Source: Patescibacteria group bacterium (GTDB lineage: Bacteria; Pseudomonadota; Alphaproteobacteria; Micavibrionales; UBA2020). From it: a DNA stretch of 64,000 nt. Position 1 is the stretch's first letter; every line of letters starts with the position of its first letter. Below the pieces are notes generated by a model, which saw nothing but the letters and a program-made list of their open reading frames with translations, was not told the DNA's origin and ran no database searches. Both the position numbers and the translations under genes were made by a program. The stretch spans positions 1,574-65,573 of the forward strand of contig DASPMW010000128.1 of NCBI GenBank assembly GCA_035626855.1, in the 5' to 3' direction. This document shows, piece by piece, positions 26,701-35,508 of the stretch.

Positions 26701-29654
26701 CGGTGAAGCTGGTCGAGCTGCCCGTGCGCGGCAATTATGTGCCGAATATTTTTTTGAACGCGGTCAGCGGCGGGCAGTACCAGCTGAAAACAACCGGGTT
26801 GCAGCTGATCGTGCCGCCTGCGGATAAATTCCTCAATGTGAAAATCACCTCCGACAAAGCGGTCTACCAACCGCAGGAGGAAGGGAAATTCGACATCGAG
26901 GTTACAGACAACGCGGGCAAGCTGGTGAGCGGCGAGGTCGCGATCGGCATTACCGATGCCGCGATCTATTACATCCAGGACGAAATGGCGCCCGATATCC
27001 GCAAGTTCTTCTATGGAGACAAGAAGCAGCAAAGCGTGCAAACGCAGGCGAGCTTCTACCAGCGGCCCTATACGCTGCTGGTGCGCGCGGAAAATGGCGA
27101 CCTGATCACCGACCAGGAGCAGGAGCGGCGGAAATCGAACAAGGACGGCCGCAACGATGCGCCGGCCGACCAGCTGGGCGAGGCGGATGATTACCGCCAG
27201 CGCGGCGGCGTTGGCGGAAAGGCGGATTTCGGCGTCGCGAGCGGCGCGATGATGAAATCCGCGCCCTCGGCCGCACCCGTCGCGCAGATGGCCGCGAAGG
27301 AAATGGCCGATAAAAATGAAATGGCGCCGGAGAAAAAAGCCAAGATCACCGGGCGCGACGAAGACTTGAAGCGGCCGGAAGGAAATGCCGGGGGGCTCGC
27401 CGAGCCGGGGCGCGTGCGCAGCGATTTTCGCTCGACGGTGACCTGGCTGCCCGCGCTGAAAACCGATGCAAACGGCAGGGCGACGGTGACCGTTACCTTC
27501 CCGGACTCCCTCACCACCTGGCGGGCGACCGCGCGGGCGGCGACGGCGGAGACCTCGGTCGGCAGCGTGACGCATGAGGTGCGATCCAACAAGAACCTCA
27601 TGATCCGTCTGCAGGCGCCGCGCTTCTTCACCGAACGCGACCTTGTCGACGTATCAGCCATCATCGACAACATGACCGACAAGCCGATGAAGGTATCCCC
27701 TGCGCTGAAAGCCGAAGGGCTTGCCGTGACGGGGCTTTACCGCGACGGCAAGTTCGTCAAGGGCGAGCAGGGCGTGGTCGAGGTGCCGGCGCATGGACAG
27801 GCGCGCGTCGACTGGGCGCTGAAGGCGGAGAAAGCGGGCATGGCAAAAATCACCGTGACCGCGCGCGGCGAGGGCGCGGCGGATGCGATGGAAAAAACCT
27901 ATCCCATCATCCCGCATGGCATCGAGAAGTTCATCGCGCAATCGGCCGTGCTGAAATCCGCGGGCGACAGCGTGACGAAGGAAATCACCGTCAATATTCC
28001 GAAGGAGCGCATCCGCGAAGCGACCAGCCTGCGCCTGACCATTTCACCCTCGCTCGCGGCGAACCTGCTGGACGCGCTGCCCTACCTTGCCGACTATCCT
28101 TATGGCTGCGTCGAGCAGACGATGAGCCGCTTCCTGCCCGCCGTCATCGTGCGCAAGACGATGACCGATCTCGGCATCAGCGGCCACGATGTCGACGCCT
28201 ATATCAGCGATGTGCTGGAGCCGCGCAATGATCCGAAAGGCCACCCGCAGCGCCGCGAGGACGCGACCTATAAACGCCTGGACAAAATGGTGACGGACGG
28301 CCTTACACGCCTCTACGACTTCCAGCATGCTGACGGCGGCTGGGGCTGGTGGAAGGACGGCGACAGCGACCGTTTCATGACCGCCTATGTCGCCTGGGGT
28401 CTCGGGCTTGCACGCGATGCGGGCCTCGATATCCGCTCGGACGTTCTGGAGCGCGCTGCGCAGTACCTCCGCGTTCAGCTGGTTGAGGAGGAAAACGCGC
28501 CCGATATGCTCGCCTGGATGCTGCACGGCATTTCGCAAGTGTCGACGGCGGGCGACCAGTTCACCGACAAGCAGCGCAACAGGTTGTGGGAGATGCGCGA
28601 AAAGCTGAACCCCTATACTCGCGCGCTGTTCGCGCTGTCGGAAAACCGCTATGGCAACCAGGAACGCTCCCGCGTGCTGGCGCAGAACCTGATCAACGGC
28701 GTTGACGAGGACAAGGAAAACGCGACTGCCCATTGGGGCGAGGCGGGCGTGAATTACCGCTGGAGCGAAGGCGGCGTGGAGGCGACGGCCTTCACCATCA
28801 AGGCTCTGTCACTGATGGACCCGCAAAGCGAATACCTCGAAAAAGCGGTCAAGTGGATGGTGCTCAACCGCCGCGGCGCGTCGTGGAAGAACACGCGCGA
28901 TACGGCAATCGCCATCCTCGGTCTCGCCGATTACCTGAAAGCAACGAAGGAGCTCGCGCCCGAATATGATTACACGGTGAACGTGAACGGCAAGGAAGCG
29001 CGCAAAGGCCGCGCCGATACCTCGAACGTTTTTTCCTTCAACCGCCTGATCGATATTCCGGCGGAGGGGCTGAATGACGGTGACAATAAAATTACTGTCA
29101 CGATCAAGGGCAAGGGCGCGCTCTACGTAGCGGCGCATGCGAAATACTTTACGCTGGAGGAGCCGATCGCAAAGGCCGGAAACGAGATTTTCGTGACGCG
29201 CAAGTATTACAAGCAAGCCGTCAAGGAAACCCTTATGAAAGGCTATGCCGAAGACTGGGCCGAGCTGGCCGAGGGGGACGCCGTGAATAGCGGCGACCGC
29301 ATTCGCGTCGAAGTGACGCTGGACGCGAAAAACAACTATGAATACCTCGTTGCCGAAGACTACAAACCGGCGGGGCTGGAAGCCGTGTCACTCACGAGCG
29401 GCAGCGGCGAGGAAATCTTGCTTGACCGCAACGGCAAGGAGACGGGGGAGCGCGGCTATGTCTACCAGGAATTCCGCGACCAGAAGGCGGCATTCTTCAT
29501 CCCGCAGCTGAAGCAGGGCAAGCACCTGCTACGCTACGAGCTGCGTGCGGAAGTGCCCGGCGAGTTCCATGCGATGCCCGACCAGACGCATGCGATGTAT
29601 GTGCCGGAAATCCGCGCCAACAGCGACGAGATGCGCGTGAAGGTGAACGACTAG
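23790..29654 (+). CDS. alpha-2-macroglobulin family protein with intact thioester, N-terminal TPR-like domain
   Basis: The ORF-track ORF is 1970 aa from GTG 23742. I prefer ATG 23790 (about 1954 aa), which gives the signal peptide MLHFRRRLFMPFFAFLALLFTLLLPQPAAA. ATG 23817 has a GGAGG SD and is an alternative. Thioester CVEQ at nt 28107-28118 (YPYGCVEQTMSRFLP). Low-complexity bait-like region at ~27110-27420. Confidence 0.85.
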   Translation: MLHFRRRLFMPFFAFLALLFTLLLPQPAAAYSADDLATADKYYGEKSYQLAAAEYEKLLDQKAEPALMREVAFKWGDSVLQAKDEAKRDAAEKKLLELAGGETHDRWWAESGTTLAMNYIEKDPYGKAEEIKKYLDAARDWWAGSSDVELAREKFITTSFALADFITSRWGWYNADIRPIRLNGKRIAPAPQQQPGNAALQVLFEEILKVAKTEEHKAHAHYGLAMSWMQNYSGDQKLRDKAAEEFEKITEDFADSEWADDAWYQLGMLYENQSDFVKAADAYRGIAKRYSAGQSQWLDDAKRRLEYIVNPSMGLSLGNTFIPGSEIQFGLSWRNVKSAQVAFYKLDLPAEIALKNDQSGYSGYQEVLQKLVETGRYKSLPVALNITAALKEEGKHQPYSEYKSLADWRKDSDAKTNPDDGKLAAGAYLMLVTAAGTQPAYDLVLVTDAALVSKVANDRALFFAMDAKTGAPLAGAQLRYTYSFYDDSGNTRWVAGEGKAGDDGLLKVDLRTSSARSYSQQHNVFAAMSSGKGQAFVQNSYYNYYNNGRGEWWLYAFTDRPAYRPNETVNIKAMLRQPKDGGFVTPSGLKVKARIYDAQGKQVKEGDYTLNEYGVLNDTLVLDDKATLGEYSLQLYSADANNQLAAVQLFRLEEYKLPEYTVTVTPAPKTAEKGIAAYRLGDTIDVSVDAQYYFGGPVAEAEVEYLVYQQPLYRYYRPWRAYSWYYDDLYPQNYGYGNGALVVQKKIKTGADGKASFKIETPKDQGDLQFHVEARVVDKSRREIRGTADIKVMKTAFYAVVEAKANLYRPGDKAQALIKTLTADDAPIAVEGKVTIRRNSWRDPVYREDKVVNPGGYDGREIMTKFVKTNDKGEAIFEFEPSENGYYTVEFTGFDNGEPVTAAANIYVCDTDATNIGYRYGGLQIITEKDTYQAGDTARAMIVSDVPDTYVLLTVESDNLYDYRLLHIEGSVKLVELPVRGNYVPNIFLNAVSGGQYQLKTTGLQLIVPPADKFLNVKITSDKAVYQPQEEGKFDIEVTDNAGKLVSGEVAIGITDAAIYYIQDEMAPDIRKFFYGDKKQQSVQTQASFYQRPYTLLVRAENGDLITDQEQERRKSNKDGRNDAPADQLGEADDYRQRGGVGGKADFGVASGAMMKSAPSAAPVAQMAAKEMADKNEMAPEKKAKITGRDEDLKRPEGNAGGLAEPGRVRSDFRSTVTWLPALKTDANGRATVTVTFPDSLTTWRATARAATAETSVGSVTHEVRSNKNLMIRLQAPRFFTERDLVDVSAIIDNMTDKPMKVSPALKAEGLAVTGLYRDGKFVKGEQGVVEVPAHGQARVDWALKAEKAGMAKITVTARGEGAADAMEKTYPIIPHGIEKFIAQSAVLKSAGDSVTKEITVNIPKERIREATSLRLTISPSLAANLLDALPYLADYPYGCVEQTMSRFLPAVIVRKTMTDLGISGHDVDAYISDVLEPRNDPKGHPQRREDATYKRLDKMVTDGLTRLYDFQHADGGWGWWKDGDSDRFMTAYVAWGLGLARDAGLDIRSDVLERAAQYLRVQLVEEENAPDMLAWMLHGISQVSTAGDQFTDKQRNRLWEMREKLNPYTRALFALSENRYGNQERSRVLAQNLINGVDEDKENATAHWGEAGVNYRWSEGGVEATAFTIKALSLMDPQSEYLEKAVKWMVLNRRGASWKNTRDTAIAILGLADYLKATKELAPEYDYTVNVNGKEARKGRADTSNVFSFNRLIDIPAEGLNDGDNKITVTIKGKGALYVAAHAKYFTLEEPIAKAGNEIFVTRKYYKQAVKETLMKGYAEDWAELAEGDAVNSGDRIRVEVTLDAKNNYEYLVAEDYKPAGLEAVSLTSGSGEEILLDRNGKETGERGYVYQEFRDQKAAFFIPQLKQGKHLLRYELRAEVPGEFHAMPDQTHAMYVPEIRANSDEMRVKVND

Positions 29655-30652
29655 CGCGTCCAGAGCCAGGCCGCGCCGCGCACACCCGAGGAATCGCCGT
29701 GACGGGCGGGCAGCAGCGGCGTCTTGACGGTGTCGGAGAACACGTATTTTTTCCACGCCTCCGGCACGTCTTTATAGAGCGAATTGACGTTGCTCATCCC
29801 GCCGCCCAGCACGATCGCGTCGGGGTCGAGGATGTTGATGACCTGCGCCAGCGCGCGGGCAAGGCGGTCGGTATAGCGGGCGAGCGCGGCGGCGGCTTTC
29901 GGCTCTTTCTCCTTCGCCTGCGAGATGATGTCATGCGTCGACTTTTCGTCGCCCGTCACGCGCTTGTAGTCGTTCTTGAAACCCGTGCCCGAAATCCAGG
30001 TTTCCAGGCAGCCGCGGCGGCCGCAATAGCAGAGCGGGCCGGGGAATTCCGAGATGGCAGCGTCGCTGAAATAGCTTTCCTTCAACTTGTCGGGCACCTG
30101 ATACGCCTCGAACCGTCCGAAATCCTTGGCCGGGTCGGCTTTCGCCACATGCGGGTAGGGCAGGGGGTTGTGGCCCCATTCGCCGCCGATTGAATTGACG
30201 CCGCGATGCGCGACGGCATTCAGCGCAAGCCCGCCGCCGCAGCCCGTGCCGATGATGACGCCGAAAACGACGCCACGCCCTTCGCCAGCGCCATCGGTCG
30301 CTTCCGACACGGCGAAGCAGTTCGCATCGTTTTCCATGCGCACTTCCCGCCCCAACGCTTTCGCCATGTCTTTCTGGAAGGGCTGGCCGTTCATCCAGGT
30401 CGAGTTGGAATTCTTGACGAGGCCGGTTTCCGGCACGATGGTGCCCGGGATCGCGACGCCGACCGACCCCGTGCGCTTCAGCGACGCCTCCGCCCCGCGC
30501 ACGAGGTCGCAAAGCGATTTTACGGTGGTGATATAATCGCCGCGGGCGGTCGGGATACGCTGGCGGTAGATTTCCTTGCCGTTGCGCCCATCGAGACAGA
30601 TGATTTCGGTCTTGGTGCCGCCGAAATCGATGCCGATGCGCATGTCAGACAT
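29651..30652 (-). CDS. ROK-family sugar kinase (fructokinase / N-acetylglucosamine kinase-like)
   Basis: MRIGIDFGGTKTE N-terminus, GIGGGLAL-type segment (IIGTGCGGGLAL), zinc motif CYCGRRGCLETWISG. The start is chosen at 30652 or 30643 rather than 30715. Confidence 0.75.
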   Translation of the reverse strand: MSDMRIGIDFGGTKTEIICLDGRNGKEIYRQRIPTARGDYITTVKSLCDLVRGAEASLKRTGSVGVAIPGTIVPETGLVKNSNSTWMNGQPFQKDMAKALGREVRMENDANCFAVSEATDGAGEGRGVVFGVIIGTGCGGGLALNAVAHRGVNSIGGEWGHNPLPYPHVAKADPAKDFGRFEAYQVPDKLKESYFSDAAISEFPGPLCYCGRRGCLETWISGTGFKNDYKRVTGDEKSTHDIISQAKEKEPKAAAALARYTDRLARALAQVINILDPDAIVLGGGMSNVNSLYKDVPEAWKKYVFSDTVKTPLLPARHGDSSGVRGAAWLWTR

Positions 30653-31124
30653 CTTTGCCGAGCTCGCCCAACAATTGTTTATAGATGACGAGGCTCTGCT
30701 GCACATTTGCAGCATCGGTCACGTCGGTGACGCGGCCATAGGCGTCCATGTAACGCGCGATATCTTCCTCGCGGCAGATGCCGGCCTGCACCTCCCGCAC
30801 GATGCAGGCATCGGTGCCAAGATTGGCCATGCAATGCACGCCACCGACGGGAATCCGGATTTCACCGCCCTTTTTCAGCGTGATGCGCTGGCCGTCGAGC
30901 ACGACGGTGAGGACGCCTTGCTTGACCATCCAGTGCTCGCGCCGGTGCACGTGGCTTTGCAGCGACAGGATATGGCCAGGATTGACGATGATTTCTTTTT
31001 CGCAGTATTCCTCGCCCTCGTTGCGGCCGGCCGCAACGACGGTGTAGGAGCCCCAGGGGCGCGTGTCAGTTTCGCCCACGATATAGGCCTGGCCGGGAGG
31101 CAGTTTTTTCGGGTCTTTGCTCAT
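30645..31124 (-). CDS. cupin protein, type II phosphomannose-isomerase C-terminal-domain-like
   Basis: 159 aa. RPWGSYTVV...EKEIIVNPGHILSLQSHVHRREHWMVKQG...IPVGGVHCMAN. Confidence 0.6.
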   Translation of the reverse strand: MSKDPKKLPPGQAYIVGETDTRPWGSYTVVAAGRNEGEEYCEKEIIVNPGHILSLQSHVHRREHWMVKQGVLTVVLDGQRITLKKGGEIRIPVGGVHCMANLGTDACIVREVQAGICREEDIARYMDAYGRVTDVTDAANVQQSLVIYKQLLGELGKDV

Positions 31125-31130
31125 GCGCCG

Positions 31131-31159
31131 ATTATAATCAGGAACGCCTGTTCACGCAA
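31131..31159 (-). promoter_or_regulatory. candidate sigma70-type promoter with leaderless geometry for the cupin gene
   Basis: Minus strand reads TTGCGT-N17-TATAAT-cggcgc-ATG. The -10 is a perfect hexamer ending 6 nt before the ATG at 31124, no SD is present, and the -35 overlaps the trpA stop codon. Confidence 0.35.
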
Positions 31160-31919
31160 GCAGGGCACGGACCTTCTGTTCCACCGCTTCGGCCGCATTC
31201 GCCGGATTTTCCTCGATAATCTTCACGAGCGCGGAGCCCACCACGATGCCGTCCGCTTTTCCCCTCAGCGCGCGCACATGCTCCGGTGTCGAGATGCCGA
31301 AGCCGATCGCGAGGGGATTCTTCAGCTGCTGTTTCAGCGCCGTGATGCGGTCGTTCACCTGGGCGGGCAGCGCAGCCTGCGCACCCGTCACGCCTTCGCG
31401 CGAAACGTAATAGACAAAGCCGGTCGAATAATCGTCGACAAGCTTCAGCCGCTCAGGCGTCGTCGTGGGGGAGCAGAGAAACACGGTCTCAAAGCCGTGC
31501 TGCTTTGCGAGCGCCTGATATTCCTCCGCCTCTTCCGGCGGCAGGTCGACGATCAGTGCGCCTTGCGCTCCCGCCGATTTTGCCGCCGTGATAAAGGCTT
31601 CATAGCCCATCATGTAAATCGGGTTCAGGTACGAAAAAAGGCAGATCGGGATTTTTACGCCGGAGGCGCGCAGTTTTTTGACGAGGTCGAGCACGCCCTG
31701 CAGTGTGGCGCCCGCCGCGAGCGCGCGTTCCGCCGCCTTCTGCACCGTGACGCCGTCCGCGACCGGGTCAGAGAAGGGTACGCCAAGCTCGAGCGCGTCG
31801 GCGCCCGCCTTTTCAAGCGCGATGACGATTTTTTCAGTCACCGCCATAGAGGGATCGCCCGCCATGACGAAGGGCACGAAGGCGGATTTGCCGCCGGTGA
31901 GGGCTTTGCGCAGGCTCAT
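31152..31919 (-). CDS. trpA: tryptophan synthase alpha chain
   Basis: 255 aa. [14 protein letters not shown], and GFGISTPEH near the C-terminus. Confidence 0.95.
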   Translation of the reverse strand: MSLRKALTGGKSAFVPFVMAGDPSMAVTEKIVIALEKAGADALELGVPFSDPVADGVTVQKAAERALAAGATLQGVLDLVKKLRASGVKIPICLFSYLNPIYMMGYEAFITAAKSAGAQGALIVDLPPEEAEEYQALAKQHGFETVFLCSPTTTPERLKLVDDYSTGFVYYVSREGVTGAQAALPAQVNDRITALKQQLKNPLAIGFGISTPEHVRALRGKADGIVVGSALVKIIEENPANAAEAVEQKVRALLA

Positions 31920-33139
31920 TTCCGCACCCCGTCATATTTCTGGATGATGCCGATATCCTTGTCGCCGCGGCCCGACAGGTTGACGATGACCGTCTTCCCC
32001 TTCATCGCAGGCGCTTCCTTGATCATATAGGCGAGCGCGTGGGAGCTTTCGAGCGCGGGGATAATCCCCTCCGTCCGCGCGACGAAGTGGAATGCGGATA
32101 CGGCTTCATCGTCGTTCACATTGGTATATCGCGCGCGCTTCAGGTCGTTGAGATAGGCATGTTCGGGACCCACGCCCGTGTAATCGAGCCCCGCGGAAAC
32201 GCTATGGGTCGGCGAGGCCTGCCCGTCGTCGTTTTGCAGGATATAGGTTTTCATGCCCTGGAAGATGCCGGGCTTGCCGCCGGAAAAGCGCGCGGCGTGC
32301 TCGCCGGGGCGGATCGCCGTGCCGCCGGCCTCGACGCCGATCAGTTCGACCTTCTCGTCATTCACAAAGCCGGAGAAAATGCCGATCGCGTTGCTGCCGC
32401 CGCCAACGCAGGCGATGACGGTGTCGGGCAGTTTTCCCTCCTGCGCCATGATCTGCTCGCGCGCTTCGCGGCCGATGACGGACTGGAAATCGCGGACCAT
32501 TTTCGGGTAGGGATGGGGGCCGAGCGCGGAGCCGAGCAAATAATGCGTGTCCGCGATATTGCCGACCCAGTCGCGCATCGCCTCGCTTACCGCGTCTTTC
32601 AGCGTGCGCGAACCGGCATTAACCGCAACGACCTCGGCGCCGAGCAGACGCATGCGGAAGACGTTCATCTCCTGCCGCGCCATGTCTTCGGCGCCCATAT
32701 AAACTACGCATTTCATGCCGAACTGCGCGGCGGCGGTCGCGGTCGCGACGCCATGCTGGCCCGCGCCGGTTTCCGCAATGATGCGAGTCTTGCCCATATG
32801 CCGCGCGAGCAATATCTGGCCGATGGCATTGTTGATTTTATGCGCGCCGGTATGGGCGAGGTCTTCGCGTTTCAGGTAGATTTTCGCGCCGCCCAGTGAC
32901 GCCGTCAGGCGCGCGGCATATTGCAGCGGCGTTTCGCGGCCGACGAACTGCGCGAGGATGAGGTTGAATTCGCGCCAGAATTCGGGCTGCGATGACAGCT
33001 CGGCATAGGCCTGTTCCAGCTGCAGCAGCGGGGCCATCAGCGTGTCGGGCACGAAGCGGCCGCCATAGGCGCCGAAATAGCCGCGCGCATCGGGAAGGTT
33101 GCTGTTATGCGGCATGGGATGCTTCCTGTATCGTGGCAA
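31916..33139 (-). CDS. trpB: tryptophan synthase beta chain
   Basis: 407 aa. [32 protein letters not shown] (PLP lysine), GGGSNAIG. An alternative ATG lies at 33115. Confidence 0.95.
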   Translation of the reverse strand: MPRYRKHPMPHNSNLPDARGYFGAYGGRFVPDTLMAPLLQLEQAYAELSSQPEFWREFNLILAQFVGRETPLQYAARLTASLGGAKIYLKREDLAHTGAHKINNAIGQILLARHMGKTRIIAETGAGQHGVATATAAAQFGMKCVVYMGAEDMARQEMNVFRMRLLGAEVVAVNAGSRTLKDAVSEAMRDWVGNIADTHYLLGSALGPHPYPKMVRDFQSVIGREAREQIMAQEGKLPDTVIACVGGGSNAIGIFSGFVNDEKVELIGVEAGGTAIRPGEHAARFSGGKPGIFQGMKTYILQNDDGQASPTHSVSAGLDYTGVGPEHAYLNDLKRARYTNVNDDEAVSAFHFVARTEGIIPALESSHALAYMIKEAPAMKGKTVIVNLSGRGDKDIGIIQKYDGVRK

Positions 33140-33743
33140 AAAGAAGTTTCAGCTTCTCCGGGTCCTTGACGCCGGGCGAAGCCTCGACCCCGCTGGCAAG
33201 GTCGAAGGCGAAGGGATGCGTATTCTCGAACGCGTCGAGGATATTTTCGGGGCCGAGGCCGCCCGCGACGATCACCGGCACGCCCAGCATGGCGGCGCGG
33301 CGGGCCAGCGACCAGTCGCCGGTATGGCCTGTGCCGCCGTATTCGGCGCCGGTTGCGGCGTCAAGAAGGATGTAATCCACAAGGCCCTTGTACTCCGCGA
33401 TCGCCTGAAGGTCTGCATCGGTTTTCGGGCGCAGCGCCTTGATCAGCACCCCGCCAAAATTCGCGCGCGCGTGGCGCAGCTCGTTCGGCGTTTCGTCGCC
33501 ATGCAGCTGCAGCCCCTTCAGCCCGACGGTCTCCGCCGTTTTTAGCGCGTCCTCCGTCTGATTGACGAAGACGCCGATGGGCAGCGCGTCGCGGGGAAGG
33601 GAGGCAACGATTTCCTTTGCCTTGTCGGCATCGATAAAGCGCTTCGACTTCGGGTAGAAAATCAGCCCGAGCGCCCAGGCGCCGAGGCTATGGGCGAGGC
33701 TTGCGTCTTCCGCGCGGGTGAGGCCGCAGATCTTCACGCGCAT
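33105..33743 (-). CDS. trpF: phosphoribosylanthranilate isomerase
   Basis: 212 aa. [14 protein letters not shown]..., LQLHGDE, LLDA...GGTG. Confidence 0.9.
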   Translation of the reverse strand: MRVKICGLTRAEDASLAHSLGAWALGLIFYPKSKRFIDADKAKEIVASLPRDALPIGVFVNQTEDALKTAETVGLKGLQLHGDETPNELRHARANFGGVLIKALRPKTDADLQAIAEYKGLVDYILLDAATGAEYGGTGHTGDWSLARRAAMLGVPVIVAGGLGPENILDAFENTHPFAFDLASGVEASPGVKDPEKLKLLFATIQEASHAA

Positions 33744-34525
33744 TTCAACTGCTCCTGCAGGGTTTGCAAGGCGGCGCCGGGCTGCGGCTGCTTCATGAAA
33801 CTCGTGCCCATCAGGAAACCGTCATAGCCGCGTCCGCGCATATCGCGCAGGTCGGCTGCCGTCGCAAGACCGCTTTCGCAGATGAACACGCTGCCTTCCG
33901 GTTTTCGCGCCGCAAGTTCGCGGCCGATGTTCAGGTCGGTCTTCAGTGTTTTCAGGTTGCGGTTATTGACGCCGAGCAGCGTCGCGCCCATTTCAGCGGC
34001 TTCGTCCAGTTCTCGCGCATCATGCACTTCGACAAGCGCGGCGAGGCCGAGGCCCTTGGCCGCCTCGAACAGGTCCTTCGTCACTTCGGGCGGGGTCATG
34101 GCGACGATCAGCAGTATTGCGTCCGCGCCGCAGGCCTTGGCCTCGTAAAGCTGGTAGGGATCGACCATGAAATCCTTGCGCAGCAGCAGCGCATAGGGGT
34201 GACGCTCCCGCACATCGCTTAAGTAATCGAGATCGCCCTTGAAATAGCGGGGTTCGGTCAGGATGGAGAGCATCGCGGCGCCGGCCTTCAGGTAGCCGTC
34301 AGCAACCGTGACCGGGTCGCCCTTCGCGATATCGCCTTCCGACGGGCTGGCGAACTTTATTTCGGCGATGATGTTGTAGCCGTCGCGGCGGAAGGCGCGC
34401 GGAACATCGCCCGGCTGGCGCGCGAACAGCGGCGTGCGCTCAAGGTCGGAGAGGGAGCGTTCCGCGCGCGCTGCGGCGACGCGGTCGAGCGTAATGTCGT
34501 GGATTTTCTGCAGGAAGCTGGTCAT
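33734..34525 (-). CDS. trpC: indole-3-glycerol-phosphate synthase
   Basis: 263 aa. IIAEIKFASPSEG, LSILTEPRYFKG, GVNNRNLKT. Confidence 0.9.
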   Translation of the reverse strand: MTSFLQKIHDITLDRVAAARAERSLSDLERTPLFARQPGDVPRAFRRDGYNIIAEIKFASPSEGDIAKGDPVTVADGYLKAGAAMLSILTEPRYFKGDLDYLSDVRERHPYALLLRKDFMVDPYQLYEAKACGADAILLIVAMTPPEVTKDLFEAAKGLGLAALVEVHDARELDEAAEMGATLLGVNNRNLKTLKTDLNIGRELAARKPEGSVFICESGLATAADLRDMRGRGYDGFLMGTSFMKQPQPGAALQTLQEQLKCA

Positions 34526-35508
34526 GCCGCCCCCTTCATCGCCAGTATCTTCTTGAGCGCGAGGCCGTCCCTGATGACCTGTTTCGCGCGTTCCACGCCC
34601 GCCTTGAGGTCGGGATCCTTGCCGGCTGTCACGAAGGCGGCCGCGGCGTTCAGGCAGATCACGTCATGCGGCGCACCCGTGGTGCCCGAGAAAACGGAAT
34701 GGATGATCGCGCCGTTCTGCTCGGCCGATCCGCCCTGCAGTTTTTCAAGCGGCTGGGTTTCGAGGCCTGCGTCTTCGGGGCAGACGAGCGTTTCGGTAAG
34801 TTTGCCGTCCTTAACGTGGAAGATCTGGGTGAGGTCGGAGAGCGAGATTTCATCGAGGCCGTCGAGGCTATGGACGACCATCATATCCTGCCGCCCAAGA
34901 CGCTTGCCTGCATCCGCCACCTGCGGCTGGAAGCCGTAGACGCCCATCACCTGCCGCGCGGTCCGCGCAGGATTGCAGAGCGGGCCGAGCAGGTTGAGGA
35001 AGGTCGGGCGGCCGAGCGCCTTGCGCACCGGCGCGAGGCTGGCAAGCGAGGGGTGGAAGGCGGGCGCGGAGACGAAGCAGAGGTTATGTTTCTGGTGCTG
35101 GATTTTCGCCATGGCGGCGTTAGTCGCGACAGGGATTTTGAGCGCGGCCAGCACGTCGCTCGAGCCGCTGACGCCGGATACCGCACGGTTTCCGTGCTTG
35201 ATGACCGAAACGCCGGCCGCCGCGACCACGAAGGCGACGGCGGTCGAGATGTTAAAGGTCTTTACGTTCGACTTGCTCTTGTCGCCGCCGGTGCCGCAGA
35301 CATCGATGCCCTTGAGGTCGAGCGGCATCGCGCGGTGCATGAGCGCGCGGGCGCAGGAGGCGAGCATCTCACCCGTGATGTCTTCGTCCTTGACGCCCTG
35401 CAGGATGCGCACCTTGCCCTCCGCCGGAAAGCCCTCGTCGCAAAGCTTGGTCATCACATCCGACCATTTTTTATCGACTTCGTCGGCGTGTTTTGGTTTT
35501 GCGGTCAT
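34522..35508 (-). CDS. trpD: anthranilate phosphoribosyltransferase
   Basis: 328 aa. DVCGTGGDKSKSNVKTFNISTA, KHGNRAVSGVSGSSDVL. Confidence 0.9.
   Translation of the reverse strand: MTAKPKHADEVDKKWSDVMTKLCDEGFPAEGKVRILQGVKDEDITGEMLASCARALMHRAMPLDLKGIDVCGTGGDKSKSNVKTFNISTAVAFVVAAAGVSVIKHGNRAVSGVSGSSDVLAALKIPVATNAAMAKIQHQKHNLCFVSAPAFHPSLASLAPVRKALGRPTFLNLLGPLCNPARTARQVMGVYGFQPQVADAGKRLGRQDMMVVHSLDGLDEISLSDLTQIFHVKDGKLTETLVCPEDAGLETQPLEKLQGGSAEQNGAIIHSVFSGTTGAPHDVICLNAAAAFVTAGKDPDLKAGVERAKQVIRDGLALKKILAMKGAA

Noticed and set aside
24411-27575. 1054-aa minus-strand ORF inside the alpha-2-macroglobulin gene. Similar long antisense ORFs occur at 51756-53825, 49702-50775, 16803-18350, 37991-39796, 30576-32030, 14988-16256, 18972-20060, 55935-57110, 57353-58330, 35493-36422 and others.
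   Set aside because: These are shadow ORFs, typical of high-GC DNA. Their translations are Arg/His/Gly/Ala-rich low-complexity strings with no motifs, while the opposite strand encodes proteins with clear family signatures or normal coding composition.
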